Both the position numbers and the translations under genes were made by a program. Under the pieces are notes generated by a model. The model was not told where the DNA came from and did not search any database. It saw nothing but the letters and a program-made list of their open reading frames with translations. Positions 45,424 to 58,379 of a DNA stretch of 64,000 bases are shown in pieces. Origin of the DNA: Rebecca billardiae RCC1528 (taxonomy: Eukaryota; Protista; Haptophyta); assembly GCA_965240325.2 (NCBI GenBank), contig OZ251228.1:1240001-1304000 (forward strand), given 5' to 3'. The first letter of the stretch is position 1. Every line of letters starts with the position of its first letter.

Positions 45424-46743
45424 ATGCGACCAACGATCGATCCAGCATGGGCGCTCGGCGTGGTGATCGGCACGCTGGCCGGTGTGGCGCGGTGCGACGA
45501 CGGACTGCGCGGGTGGGAGGTCGTGTGGATGGCACCCTTCCTCTCGGGCGGCGGCTACTCGTCCGAGGCGATCGCCTTGGCGCTCTCGCTGAGCAAGCAC
45601 GTGCGCGCGCTCAGCATCCGCCAGTTTGGCGAGCCCGCGGCCGAGGGCTTCGCCGAGGGGCTCACGGACGAGCAGTACGCGACGCTCGCGACGCTGTACC
45701 GCCGAAGACCACGCCGTCGCGCGCGTCGGCTCGTCGTCTGCCATTCGACGCCGGACGTGTGGGTGCCGGCTGCGTTCCCCGGCTGGGATGAGATCGAGCC
45801 GTGCCCGCCGCCCGACGCGGCGCTCTCGATCGGGCGGACGATGTACGAGACCGACCGGCTCCCCGCCGACTGGGTGCGCCGGTGCAACCGAATGGACGAG
45901 GTGTGGGTACCGACCGCGTTCCACCGCGACGCCTTTTCGCGCGCGGGCGTCGTCGCGCCGCTCGTTGTCGTGCCCGAGCCCGTCGACGTCCGCTTCTTCG
46001 ACCCGGCGCGGCACGCGCCGCTGCAGCTGCCGGGCGCCGCGAGCGCGCGGTCGGGCTCGGGCGGGTCGCCGCCGTTCGTCTTCCTCTCCGTGTTCAAGTG
46101 GGAGGCGCGCAAGGGGTGGGACGTGCTGCTGCGCGCCTACCTCGCCGAGTTCGGTGCGGCCGAGCGCGTGCAGCTCGTCCTCAAGACGACTCCGTTCTAC
46201 TCGACCGACGACTTCGACGGGCTGATCGCGCAGTTCAGGGCGACGCTGGGGATGGCGGAGGGTGAGCCGGCGCCGGAGGTCCATGTGCTCGACGACGAGC
46301 TGCCGCTCGCGCAGCTGCCCCGCCTCTACCGCGCGGCATCCGCGTTCGTCCTGCCAAGCCGCGGCGAGGGCTGGGGCCGGCCGCACGCCGAGGCGATGTC
46401 GATGGGGCTGCCGACGATCGCGACGAACTGGAGCGGGCCGACGGCGTTCATGACTGCTGAGAACTCGTACCCACTGCGCGTCGCCGCCCTCGTGCCCGTC
46501 GACACCCACGACGAGCGGCTGCGCGATGAGGGCCACCTCTGGGCAGAGCCAGATCTCGACCACCTACGCGCGCTCATGCGGCGCGTGTTCACTGAGCGTC
46601 AGGAGGCGGCGGAGGTCGGCCGGCGCGCGCGCCGCGATATGGTCGAGCACTTCAGCCCGGAAGCTGTCGGCCGCATCGCGCGCGAGCGCCTCGCCGACGC
46701 CGTCGCGGGCCGACGCACGCGTTCGACGAAGGAGGAGCTTTAG
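45424..46743 (+). CDS. GT4-family (GT-B) glycosyltransferase with signal peptide and ER-retention-like KEEL
   Basis: WMAPF.SGGGYSSEA, IGRTMYETDRLP, MDEVWVPT, FLSVFKWE.RKGWDVLL, FVLPSRGEGWGRPHAEAMSMGLP.IATNWSG; ends KEEL. Confidence 0.9.
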   Translation: MRPTIDPAWALGVVIGTLAGVARCDDGLRGWEVVWMAPFLSGGGYSSEAIALALSLSKHVRALSIRQFGEPAAEGFAEGLTDEQYATLATLYRRRPRRRARRLVVCHSTPDVWVPAAFPGWDEIEPCPPPDAALSIGRTMYETDRLPADWVRRCNRMDEVWVPTAFHRDAFSRAGVVAPLVVVPEPVDVRFFDPARHAPLQLPGAASARSGSGGSPPFVFLSVFKWEARKGWDVLLRAYLAEFGAAERVQLVLKTTPFYSTDDFDGLIAQFRATLGMAEGEPAPEVHVLDDELPLAQLPRLYRAASAFVLPSRGEGWGRPHAEAMSMGLPTIATNWSGPTAFMTAENSYPLRVAALVPVDTHDERLRDEGHLWAEPDLDHLRALMRRVFTERQEAAEVGRRARRDMVEHFSPEAVGRIARERLADAVAGRRTRSTKEEL

Positions 46744-47059
46744 CCAGCACCTTTCAGTGGTGCAGCGATAGCTACAACGTAAGCTAGCTATCGCGGCTTT
46801 GACGAGGCGCACCCGCGTCTTGCACAAAGTCATGGAGGCAAAATATGAGATTGTTGATCGCAGCTTACGAATCTGTATGTCGAGTCGGTAAATCATATCG
46901 GTTTGAGCGCACCGAACTACTTAGAGCCTACAGGAAACCTCGCTGATGGACGAATAATATCTCGCGGACAAGCATCTCTCCGACTCAGTTGCCGAGCTCA
47001 GCTACCATAAGCCACGGCGCCTGTCGCGAAGGGACTGCTTCGCGTGGCCATTTTGGGCG

Positions 47060-49696
47060 ATGGGCGACGTGCCGGATTTCGTGGATGAGGACGAGGCCGA
47101 CGTGTGGGAGGGCGGCGGCACCACGTACAAAATAGAAAAGGTCGTGGGGAATGGAGCGTTCGGAATCGTGTGGAAGGCGCGCGCGATCGACACGGGCGAG
47201 ATTGTCGCGATCAAGAAGGTGCTGCTCGACCGGCGCTACCAGAACCGCGAGCTGCAGATGCTCAAGGTGATGGATCACGACTGCGTGGTGCGGCTCAAGC
47301 ACTTCTACGAGAAGACGGTGCGGCGCCTGCTCCCCCGGCCGAGCGTGGCCGCAGCGCGCACGCAGCTCGCGCTCCGGCGCTCGCTCACGCCGGGAGGCAA
47401 CTGACGAGCTCGCGCCACGCGCCGCGCCCTGCGCGCCGCCGCGGTCCGTCGAGTGCAGGGGCGAAAGAAGGAGGAGACGTTCCTGCAGCTTGTGATGGAG
47501 TACCTCCCCGACACGCTGCGCTCGGTCACCCTCCGCTACCAGAAGAAGCGCAAGCGCTTCCCGATCGAGCACATCAAAGTGTATATGCTCCAGATGCTCA
47601 AGGCCATGGAGTACATCCACTCGCGGCGCATCTGCCACCGGGATATCAAGCCGGACAACCTGCTGGTCGACGCGACGTCGTTGCGGCTCAAGCTGTGCGA
47701 CTTCGGCTGCTCCAAGGTGCTCGTCAAGGGGCAGCCCAACATCTCGTACATCTGCTCGCGCTACTACCGCGCGCCCGAGCTCATGTTTGGTGCGACCGAG
47801 TACACGTGCGCGCTCGACATGTGGAGCATCGGCACGATCCTGGCGGAGCTGCTGCTCGGTCACCTGCCGTTCCAGGGGCAGGACTCGACGCAGCAGCACC
47901 TCGTCGAGATCATGAAGCTGCTCGGTGCGTGCACCCCGCGGCCCCGGCCGGACCGCGCCACGCGGTGTGCTGACGCGCACGCGCGCGCACCCAACGCTTG
48001 CGCCGACGCGCGCGCGCAGGGACGCCGGGGAACCACGACCTGCAGGCGATGGGCGCGTCATGCACCGCCGACGACCTGCCGAAGCTCAAGGCGTTCCCGT
48101 GCGTCGCCCCGCGCGCCGCCGCGCGCGCCGCCGCGCGCGCCGCCGCGCGCGCCGCCGCGCTCGCCGCCGCGCTCGCCGCCCGCCACGCGCCGCCTCTGCG
48201 CGCCGCGCGGCCGCGTGCGCAAAGCGGCCTATGCCGGCTCGCATCTGACCGTGACCCTATGCCGCGCGCTCACGTCACGGTGCGTGCGCAGCTGGGACCG
48301 CGTGTTCCCGGCGGGCACGCCCGACGACGCGATCGACCTCGTCTCGCGTCTGCTCGTGTACAACCCCGAGACCCGGCTGAATGCGCAGCAGGCCCTGCTC
48401 CACCCGTTCCTTCACGGCGTGAGCATCGGAGAGCAGAGCGCGGCGCTCGGCGAGTCGCCGACGCGGATGCGCGGCGACATCCAGTCGACGACCTCGGCGT
48501 GGATCGAGGAGTTTGGGAAGAGCCAGAGCTCGCTCGAGCAGTCGCTCTTCCCGTCGCTCGAGCAGTCGCTGCTCGCGGGCATCAAGCAGGCGTGCGGCCG
48601 CGCCGACAAGTCGCCAGGCGCGCAGGTGTCGGACACTGTCTACAACGCGCTCGTGGCGCAGGTCAAAAATGACGTCAAGGCCGCCAACGCGAACGCGGCG
48701 CGGCAGCGCGCGCAGACGATCGAGACGGCGCAGCGGCTGGGGCAGAAGCTCACCGCGATGGCGGCGGAGGCCGCGCCCGCCCCGCCACCCGCCGAGGGCG
48801 CCGACGGTGGCGCCGCCGATCGCGAGCGCCTGCAGGCCTCCGTGACCGCGCTCACGTCTCAGCTGGACGCGAGCAAGGCGGCTCAGACCGCGCAGGCGGA
48901 GCAGTTGAGAGTGCTGCAGGCGCGGCTGCAGGAGATCGAGGCGGAGCGCGCGATGGGCTCGGTCGCTCTCAGCGAGTCGGGCGCGCCGAAGCGCATGGTC
49001 GCCGCGAGTGCGCAGGTGCGCGCCGTCGCCGCAGCGCGCGCTGCCGACCGCCCGCATGGGTCCCCACGCGACGCGCGACGCGCGCCGCGCGACGCACCGG
49101 TCTGCCGCTCACGCACGCGATCGCCCTCGACGCGGCCGCTCCGTGCGCAGACGGACGAGGAGCTGATGCCGATGAACGACAAGGGCGTCGCCGAGGCGGC
49201 CATCGCCGGCCGGCGCGCCGGCGGGCGCTCGTACATGTCGGGCTTCTTCTCGAATAACGGGATTGTGCCGTCACCGCTGCTCAAGCGCCCGTCGGCCGTC
49301 GGCGGCAGCGGCAGCGGCAGCGGCGCGCCGACGGGCCGCAGGAGCGAGGGTACCAGCGGCGAGGCGGCTGACAACGCCAACGCGATCATGGACGGCTCGG
49401 CCAACCTCGGCGTCGTGCGGCCCTCCGGCGCGCTCTCGCCCTCGTCCAGCTCGCCGCGGAGCGGTGCCGCCAAGCCGGGCTTCTCAATTGGCCGGCCGAC
49501 TGGGATGGGGGGCTCGTCGGAGCCGTCGCAGCCCTCCTCCGAGGATGTGGTGCCGCCCAACCGCAGCCGGCGGTGCGCGCTCGCGCGCGCGGCGCGCGGG
49601 CGCGACGCCGCGCCGCGCGCATCGCGCTCACGCGCCCGGCCCCCGTGCCCCGCCACGCCGCCGCCCAACCGCAGCTCACACGTCGAGGACAAGTGA
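47060..49696 (+). CDS. GSK3/shaggy-like protein kinase with long C-terminal extension; multi-exon
   Basis: VVGNGAFGIV, VAIKKVLLDRRYQNRELQ, HRDIKPDNLL, KLCDFG, PNISYICSRYYRAPELMFGATEY; exons joined by GT-AG introns. Confidence 0.9.
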
Positions 49697-50644
49697 ACCC
49701 GCGCCTGAGGTAGTGGGGCAACCGCTCGGTTTGCGCGGCAGCGGCCGCCGCGCGGGCGCGGGCGAGCACGAGTGTCGGTGCGCTCCACTAAAGCGCGGGG
49801 CTCCACCCGGCCCCTGGCGGTGCACCGAGTACACCCATCGACGGACGACATCACTTCAGGAATTGGCTCTGAGCGCATCGGCATTCGGCCCGCGGGTCGA
49901 CGACGAGTTGGCCACCACGTCGGCGCGTGTGTTACTAGCGTCTAGCCCAAGGGTGCAATTGTGGCATGGCAGCCCGACGACGCGAGGCGATGCCCCGGAC
50001 CAGAGTCAAAGATGATCATCATCATGACGGCGGCAGTGCATATGACGAGTGACGATGGCCGCATGCGATTCGCGCATTGTCGACGGTCAACTCGGAGTCT
50101 ATGAGTATTATCATCATTATAATATATATATATTTAATTCGCGGTAATATCTTAGAGTTAATTAATACATATATTTTAATAAATAATAGATATATGATTC
50201 GTCGAGTCAATAAGTCTTCTGACGCGTGGCGCCGGGTGCCGCGCCTGTCCACGCGCAAGTAGTCACAGAATATTATATATAATTATATATAATAATCTTG
50301 AAGTTGAACTGATTGGCAGGCGGCGTCATCATCATCGTCCGGGCATCGGCATCCGCCCGGCGATCCCGTCGGCGTCGCGCGTCGGCGCGATCCGAGCATC
50401 ACGCACGAGACACGACGATGACGATATTGAGAATATAATTAATACGACGTAGTCATATACGATCGGTCATCGGATGGACGATAGATTGATGACGATGCCA
50501 GCATGGGCAAGTGATGCGCCTCATGCGGCCGATGGCGGTAGTCGTACGATTCGTCAGGCTCACTGTTCGTCATCCGTCGCGACTGCAGACGATCGAAGTA
50601 TTAATAATTCGTCCTGCGCTGAATATAATTCGTCGGATCGTCAG

Positions 50645-52556
50645 CTAGAGTTTCAGATGAGTTATTCTCGGAGCCTCTGACACGGATGACTGCTGAGTGC
50701 AGGTGTGCACCAAGGGACCGCCGCGGTCGTTGGTCTTCCAGCCCATCAGCGGCGCGAGCTGGCCGCGGACGGGCGCAGCGCCGGCGGCGGTGGCGTTGCG
50801 CAGCAGTGCCTGCGCGTAGGTGCGCTCATCACGTGCGGTTCGGAAGTCGACCGTGCTCACGTCGGAGCCGCGCCAAGGCGCGCTGTCGTCCGAGACAACT
50901 ACGTCGCGTGGCAGCTGTGCGCAGGGCAAGCCCTGCCGCGTGGCCTCACACAGCGCGCGGTCGATCGCCTTGTGGTGAGCTCTGAGCCCCTTCAGCGTGG
51001 TGCGGGAAGGGGGGCAGTGTCCGTCGACGGACGGGCATGCGCCCATGCGCTCACACGAGCAGCGCAGCTGGCCCACGTACGCAGCGGCGCTCATGCCCTC
51101 GGGCGCGAAGCACGCATCCCCGTCGGTGCTGAGCCGCCGGAGCTCGTCGTCCAGCCGCGCGCTGGCCAGCGAGTACAGGAGCCGGTCGTCAGCGAGCGCA
51201 CGCTCGATGCGCGCCCGCGTCGCTGCCGCGTCAGGCTCGGCCGCCATCTCCGCCTTGTGCCGTGCGAGCACGTCGAGGCGGCTGGGAAGCACCGCTGCGT
51301 TCGCTGCAAGCCGGCGGCGCACGCCGGAAAGGGGCGTTGGCGCGCGCACGCGAGCGCCGCCCGCAGCGCCGGCCGCAGCGCGCTTCACTCGCTGCAGGGC
51401 TGCCACAGCTGAGCGAAGCGCTGCCTCGAATCTCGCCTCGCCACGCTCGCGCACGTCGAGCAGCGTGCGCCGGCCGCCACCAGCCGTGGCTGCGGCGCCC
51501 TTGTACGGATCCGTCCGGGGACTCCACCTGGACTCGAGCGCCCAGCTCGCCATCGCGCCCATGCTCGGAAGACCGAGCAGCGCGCCGTGTGTAGCAAAGG
51601 ACTCGGCAAGCCGCTCCATCAGGAGGAGGTGCAGGTGCGGGCGGTGGACGAGGGGGCGCAGCTGCGCCTCGGCGAGCGGCACGCCTGGCTGCCGCGCGCG
51701 CGCTGCGAACGCCTCCACGGGGAACGCGAGCTCGACCTGCATCGGGCAAGCGCCGCTCGCCTGCGCCGCGTCCGTACCGTTCCGTGGGCGCTCGAGGCAG
51801 GGCAGCCAGCTGTGCAGCCAGGAGGGGTGCCGGCGGCGGCGATGCTTGAAGAAGCTCCACACGCCCAAGTGCCACGCGTACGGCTCGCGCACGACGGTCA
51901 GCACGGCGAAGCGACACGTCGGCGGCGCAGGCCAGACGGCCGACAGGCGCGGCAGCGCCGCCGCCAGCTGCGCGGACTGCGCGGCGCTGCTGCCGGTGTG
52001 GTCCTCTCCGAAGACGAGCGGGTACGCGCGCCCGCCGAGGCTCGCGCGGAGCTCTGGCCCGAGGGCGTGCGCGTACGCGTCGAATGCGGGGCTTGAAGCC
52101 GCCTCCTTCCCCAGCACCATGCGCGCGTGCTGCGCGCCACTCTTGGCGAGGCCGTTTGCGAAGCCCATGCCAGGTGCGAACCCCCACAGGCATCTGTGGC
52201 TGAGGGGAATCCCGAGTTTGTAGCGGATGGCGGACCCAGCCTGCAGGGAGAGGCAAAGGCATCGGTGGGGCAAGCCCCACGCGGGCTACATCATCCCAGC
52301 TGCGAATGTGCTTCTGGCGAGATCCATCTCGCATCAGCAGGCATGATGGGTGATGGGGCGGTCGCACGCGGGTGCGGCGCACCGTCTTTGGGATGTGGCG
52401 GAAGACGAGCACGCCGCATCGGAAGGCGCGCTGAGCGATCAGCTTCGTGCATGCTGCGCTGAGATTTGCATCGGGGCGGCTATCCGCACCCGCCGCAGCC
52501 AGTCGTGCACCGCTGGCGGCGAGCACGATGATGAGCACGCGTTGGCCGCGCGCCAT
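50645..52556 (-). CDS. Golgi-type sulfotransferase-like protein (exons 52556-52383, 52240-50645)
   Basis: Spliced 5'-PSB loop FRHIPKT|AGS; 3'-PB-like LTVVREP...W.F; N-terminal hydrophobic anchor. Confidence 0.7.
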
Positions 52557-53595
52557 CCTCCGCCGAGGAAGCGCTTTTCTATAGTTTTCTTTGCAGTACC
52601 CCCATATATAAAAGTTTCATATCAAGTTGGGCCTCCACACTTGAACTTCCCCAAGCAGAGTGAAGCAGTCCTGCTTGCTTATCTCCTAAACCCCTGGACG
52701 GGTAAATCCAGGTCCCCCCCCCCCCCGGAGTCCGGGAGGCCGCGACCAGTGTCGACGCTGAGTCCGGGCGGCGTCGCCACAGTCCCCAAGCGGCGGCTGG
52801 AGGAGCGACGGGCGCGTGAGCGTGGCGGCTCGCGGGTATCACCGGCCTTGTGGCACGTAGTCGCGCGTGTGCGCGCCGTCGCATTGCGTGTACAACACCA
52901 GACGCTGACTCCCATGCCATTGCCACGCCCTGAAGACTGCCTCGGCACCTTGTGTCTGCGTTCAAATGCTCACGAAGCTGGCTCGCGGCGCTTGTGGCAG
53001 TGCCTAGCGTGCAAGAAGCTGCTACAAGTGGTGCCATAGCACTCAAGACCCGGCCGTCACGCATGGGGCTAGTCGGGTAGGCTAATCTGTGCTATGGGCG
53101 ACCAGAAAAGCAGCTCGATCAGTGATCCGTGACTCTGGTAATGTCGTGCGGCACACACCGTTTGAAACGCGAGAGCGCGGCGCGTGCCTAACGTGACCTC
53201 TTTCAGGCGGCGTGCGGGGTCGGAAGTCCAGCGGGCGTGTACGTATACATTGTGCATACATACCCCCACCTCCCCGAGCCGTCTAATCGCGCCCAGGCTC
53301 CCCACATGTCGAGTCGGCTGGCAGGAAGTGACCGCTCGGCACAAGCTCAAGCCCGCAAGTGGTTGCGCGCGCCAACCGCAAGGGCGACGAGCGAGGAGAG
53401 ACATCAGTGGGCTGCTTTGTCGACGTTCCCCTACGTCTTGGAGCCCGCCCCGCCCAGCGTGCCGCCACGGAACGCCCCGCAATCGACCGCTAGGACGGTC
53501 GGCGAGCACGCACCCACCGCCGCCACGGCAGCCGTCCCCCCGAGCCAGGGGTGTAGGGGACAAGGCAGTGGTTGCCAAATCGGCGTGCAAGGGCG

Positions 53596-55422
53596 ATGGC
53601 TGCACGCACGCTGGTTGTGTTCGCTGCCCTCGTCCGCGGCATCGCGTGCGAGGACACGCCGCCCACGCTTGCACGCCCACGTGTGGCGGTGAGCGAGCTC
53701 TTCCGCAACATACTCGCGCGTGACCGTGGAGATCACTGCGTTGCGGACCGCTCCAAAGCACCGTGGCTCAAGCAGATGGCCTCCCTCGCCGCTGGAGGGG
53801 ACGCTGGGCCACCCACGCTGCTGCCGTCAATGCGCGTGCTCAATGCGACCATTCTCTCCCCCGACTACCTCTTCAACTCGTCTCTCGTGTCGTGCTTGGG
53901 GCCCACCGACTTGTGCGTCCACCACAGCGGGCCCAACAGACCCGCGCTGGGCGTCGCCTATTATGACCAGGCGGCGCACGAGCGGTACGTGCTGTCGAGG
54001 GTGCTGCGCCGCGCGGGCACCGTCATCTGCGGCGACGGCGCGCGCAGCACAGCCGAGCTGGAGAGCAGGGCCCAATCAGCTCACTGGTGCGAGGCAGACG
54101 TGGTCTACGTGCCCTCGCTGCGGCTGCACTGGTTCCTCCTGAACAATGACCATCCACAGCATGACGACAGGATTGCATGCCTGACGCGTCCCTTGGTTCA
54201 TGCCTACTGGAAAGCTGTGGGTCGACTCTTCTTGCAGCCGGAGAAGGGTGAGAGCGCAGTGCACGCGCATACGCGGCTTCTCGCACGCACGGTGGTGGTC
54301 GTCGAGCCGCGCTCGTTTGATCCTATCGACATGGGCTGGAGCATCGAAGCCCTGGGGAAGCAGCCGCCAGGATTCTTGGACCGGCTCATCCTCGGCATGC
54401 AGATGAGCTCACGCCCTACCGAGCACATTGAACAGCTGTGCGGACACAGGAGCGCGTGCAGCTGGCGGGACGGCGCCGAGGAGGAGCTGAGGCGGAGGGA
54501 GCAGCTCATCGCAGAGGCAGAGGCCCGCTGCTCGAGGCTCAAAGGCTTCGGCGGCGGCCCCCTGCTCGTGACGCTGCCACGCACCGTGGGCATGGATCAC
54601 GCCGTCGATTGGACGCGGCGATTCCACGGGCGACAGATCGCTGTGCTGTACCACGCCAATTCGATCAAGCGCGGCAGGTGGCACTTTGCTGGCATGCAGA
54701 CGGTGCGCCCACACGTGGACAGCGCGATGGCGGCCCACACGAAGAGGGGCACCTGCCGCAAGAAGATCATGAAGGCGCTATGTAAACCTGGGCACACACG
54801 CGAATGCAACAGAGATTGCTTTGACAAACCGTACCGAGCGCTTGTCCACGCTGAGGTGGTGATCGAGCCGCCCGGCGACGAGAAGGGCCGCTCGCACGCG
54901 TATGCAGCCATGCTCTCCGGCTGCATCGTCGCATTCATCGAGGATGGCCATCGATCCTTTGTCCAAGGCGAGCCCGCCTGGTGGGCCTGGCGGGCACCGC
55001 GGCCGTTGGCAGGCACCGATGCCACTCCTACCGTGTCCGCAAGCAGCACCGCTGCCACTGCCCCCGGAAGCACCATCACGATCGGCGAGGGTGGCACACT
55101 TGTGCTGCAGTACGAGCACTTCAGCACATTCGTGCCCGCGAGGCAGATCGAGCAGCCGGTGGCTGGCAAGAGGCTGTGGCTGGACGCCCTGTACGAGCTG
55201 AGCCTCAACTCGACTCGGCGAGCACGGATGCGTGCAGAGCTGCAGCGTGTGCTCCCATACTTCGTCTACCAGCGAGACGACTGCGTGGGCGGACATCATG
55301 CTGGCGTCATTATATGTGATGCGGTCTCTGCCTTTGACGCTGTGATTTTGCGCGCGTGGCGGGCAAGCCAACGGCTGCTGCTCGGAGGCGGCCGAATAAA
55401 TTCACAAGGACGGGCAAGGTGA
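53596..55422 (+). CDS. Exostosin-like glycosyltransferase (GT47)
   Basis: Signal/anchor MAARTLVVFAALVRG; EADVVYVP; VIEPPGD...RSHAYAAMLSGCIVAF resembles GT47 C(L)xPxGD...R..(F/Y)DA...GC(I)PV. Confidence 0.68.
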   Translation: MAARTLVVFAALVRGIACEDTPPTLARPRVAVSELFRNILARDRGDHCVADRSKAPWLKQMASLAAGGDAGPPTLLPSMRVLNATILSPDYLFNSSLVSCLGPTDLCVHHSGPNRPALGVAYYDQAAHERYVLSRVLRRAGTVICGDGARSTAELESRAQSAHWCEADVVYVPSLRLHWFLLNNDHPQHDDRIACLTRPLVHAYWKAVGRLFLQPEKGESAVHAHTRLLARTVVVVEPRSFDPIDMGWSIEALGKQPPGFLDRLILGMQMSSRPTEHIEQLCGHRSACSWRDGAEEELRRREQLIAEAEARCSRLKGFGGGPLLVTLPRTVGMDHAVDWTRRFHGRQIAVLYHANSIKRGRWHFAGMQTVRPHVDSAMAAHTKRGTCRKKIMKALCKPGHTRECNRDCFDKPYRALVHAEVVIEPPGDEKGRSHAYAAMLSGCIVAFIEDGHRSFVQGEPAWWAWRAPRPLAGTDATPTVSASSTAATAPGSTITIGEGGTLVLQYEHFSTFVPARQIEQPVAGKRLWLDALYELSLNSTRRARMRAELQRVLPYFVYQRDDCVGGHHAGVIICDAVSAFDAVILRAWRASQRLLLGGGRINSQGRAR

Positions 55423-55816
55423 GTGCACGACGCGCTCGCCACTGCACGTGTCCCGTCACTGTTGCGGATTAGTCAGATCACATCAATGACGAATATTATG
55501 GCGCACGGCCCCCCCGAAAGGTCTGAGCGTGCGGCCGTGAAAGCAGAAAGGCGGGGGGGGGGGACGGCGCACGTGCTTCGCAAAATCAAAATAATAACAC
55601 AGTACTGTACTAGTGTGCTTGGGCAATGCCGAAATGTGGTGAAAAGCTTACCTTACACCTTACCGGACGCTGGCCGACGAAACCCGCCGTAAAGCCCGGC
55701 TCCGTCGCCCTAACCTTAAGCAAGGCTTTGGGGCGTCCGTAAGCCCGGATCGTAAGCCGAGGCCCTTACGTGCCCGCTCGCCCGAACGCGGGCGCGCGTC
55801 CGCGCGCGTGCCTCCG

Positions 55817-57258
55817 ATGATGGATCCCGGGGAGGGCGCGTTTCCGCTGCTGACGCAGCTGCCGGAGGCGCAGCTGCCGGTGGCGGCGGCGAGCGAGCCG
55901 TCAGCCGCGACGACGGTCGACTTGGACCTCACTAGCCAGGCGCCCAGCGGCGGCGCCGCTGCGAAGAAGGCGAAGAAGGCGAAGACGGCGAAGACGCCGG
56001 ACGAGCGGCAGCGCGCGCCGAAGCAGCTCCCGTTGGGGTCGCTGCTGGAGCTGCTGAGGTCTGCGATGGCCGTGAAATACTACCTTCGCGAATTCGCGAA
56101 GAAGTACTACGAAGCTTGGCGCCGCGGTGACGTGAAGCTCCCCGCCGGTGCGCCGTCGCCGCCAAAGCTCGTGTCCGATTACGACAACATGCTTGCGGAG
56201 AACCTGAACGAAGACGACGACTTCTTGAAGGGTGCGGGAGTGACGGAGGCCAAGGCGTCATGGATCGCGGGCAAGCTCAACGGCAGTCTCGAGCTCCGCC
56301 AGGCGCAGTGGAAGAAGAACGGCAACAACAAGCCCCCCGTGGTGCGGCGCGCTCCGTGCGCGGCGCGTGGCTTGCGCGGCACGGCGGCGAGCCAGCCTCA
56401 CCATTGCTTCTCCCGGCGCGCGGCGCACGCGCGCGGCGCACGCACGCGCAGGTCACCGGTGCCGGGGACGAGATCGAGAACCAGCGCGCGCTCGACAACG
56501 AGCTGGACCAGTACATCGAGAAGCAGAAGGAGGCACAGAAGTTGTACGGAGAGGCTGTCGGCGATGCTCCCAAGCCGTCGAAGTCGAAGTCGAAGGGGAA
56601 GTCGGCGGTGGAGAAGCGCGCGCAGGGGGCCATGGAGGATGCCGCGCTGCGCCAGGTGCGCAGCGACAAGGTCGACAACGAGCTCGCGGTGCTCCAGGAG
56701 CAGCTGACGGGCAGGGAGTGGGAGGAGTACCGGCTGAAACTGGGCACCGACCGCAAGCTCGCCGTGATCGCCTCCTTCCAGCACAAGGACGGTGACCTGA
56801 CGCAGGAGCAGCTTGGCAAGAAGGAGCAGATCGAGGACGACTTCGACGCAAGGTACCATCTGAACAGCAGGGTGCGGATGCAGTACCTGGACCACGGTGT
56901 CAGGCTCGATGATCTGACCGCCGTGTGCGCGCAGAACGGCGAGGACTACGTCACCATCTCGGGACAGGCGAAGGTGAAGAGCACGAGTGCCGGAGCCAAC
57001 CAGCAGATTGCCGGCATGCTCAAGGACATGGCCGAGAACGAGAAACTCGCTCGTGAGCAGGCGGAGAAGGACCGTGAGCAGGACGCGGCGCAGGCGGAGA
57101 AGGACCGAGCGTACCAGCGCGAGAAGGACGAGAAGGACCGCGAGCTGAAGGCGAAGGAGCTCGACTTGAGGGCGAGGGAGCTGGCGATGCAGCAGCAGCA
57201 GCAGCAGAACCAGCACGCCATGCTGATGGCGCTGCTGCAGGCGAAGCAGCGCGAGTAG
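55817..57258 (+). CDS. Transposon accessory protein (putative Myb/SANT-like DNA-binding + C-terminal coiled coil); intron 56342-56451
   Basis: Splicing joins NKPPV|VTGAGDE in frame; charged coiled coil ending QQQQQQNQHAMLMALLQ; lies inside the TIRs. Confidence 0.75.
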
Positions 57259-57641
57259 CCGCCGCCGCCAGCGGCCGCCGCCGCTGTACGCGCGCCGCGC
57301 GCGCGCGCGCGCGCCGCTGCCGCGCGCGGCGGCGCGCGCGCGCGTGCGCGGCGCGTGCGCGCGCGCCTGCGCCGCCGCTGCTGCCGCCAGCGACGCCGAC
57401 GCTGACGCCGACGCCGACGCCTGCTGCCGCCGCTGCTGCCGCTGCCTGCTGCTGCCGCCGCCGCGGCGCCTGCTGCTGCCGCCGCCGCGGCGCGCAGGCG
57501 CCGCGGGAGCCGCCGCCGCGCGCGCGCGCGCGCGGCACGTGCGCCGCGCGCCGCCGGAGCGCGCGCGCGGCGCGTGCGCCGCGTGCCGCCGCCGCGCGGC
57601 GCGGTGCGTGCGCGCGCGCCTGCGCCGCCGCTGCTGCCGCC

Positions 57642-57674
<33 letters not shown>

Positions 57675-58145
57675 TGCTGCCGCCGCTGCTGCCGCGGCGC
57701 CTGCTGCTGCCGCCGCCGCGGCGCGCAGGCGCCGCGGGAGCCGCCGCGCCGCGCGCGCGCGCGCGCGGCGCAGGCACCGCGCGCCGCCGCCGCGCGGCGC
57801 GGTGCGTGCGCGCGCGCCTGCGCCGCCGCTGCTGCCGCCAGCGACGCCGACGCCTGCTGCCGCCGCTGCTGCTGCTGCCTGCTGCTGCCGCCGCCGCGGC
57901 GCCTGCTGCTGCCGCCGCCGCGGCGCGCGTGCGCCGCGGGAGCCGCCGCGCCGCGCGCCCGCGCGGCGCGTGCGCCGCGCGCCGCCGCCGCGCGGCGCGG
58001 CGCGTGCGCGCGCGCCTGCGCCGCCGCTGCTGCCGCCAGCGACGCCGACGCCGACGCCGACGCCTGCTGCCGCCGCTGCTGCCGCTGCCTGCTGCTGCCG
58101 CCGCCGCGGCGCCTGCTGCTGCCGCCGCCGCGGCGCGCAGGCGCT
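57259..58145. repeat. GC-rich minisatellite (~200-250-bp units built from GCC/GCT/CGACGC)
   Basis: Unit gcgcgcgcctgcgccgccgctgctgccgccagcgacgccgacg recurs near 57358, 57610, 57810 and 58007. Confidence 0.85.
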
Positions 58146-58295
58146 GCGAGCGAGAATGATTCGCATGTGCTGACGACGCGGCGCGGTGTTGATCGATCAG
58201 TCGGCTGACGATGACGGTATCAATACTATATAGATGGCGGCAACCGCGTGATAGCCATATCGAGTCGTGCGTGCGCAGTATACAGCGCAGCGTCG

Positions 58296-58297
<2 letters not shown>

Positions 58298-58379
<82 letters not shown>

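Noticed and set aside
55817-57258. Second transposon ORF as a Fanzor/TnpB nuclease
   Set aside because: No RuvC motifs or zinc finger visible; the coiled-coil/poly-Q end fits a Harbinger-group accessory protein.
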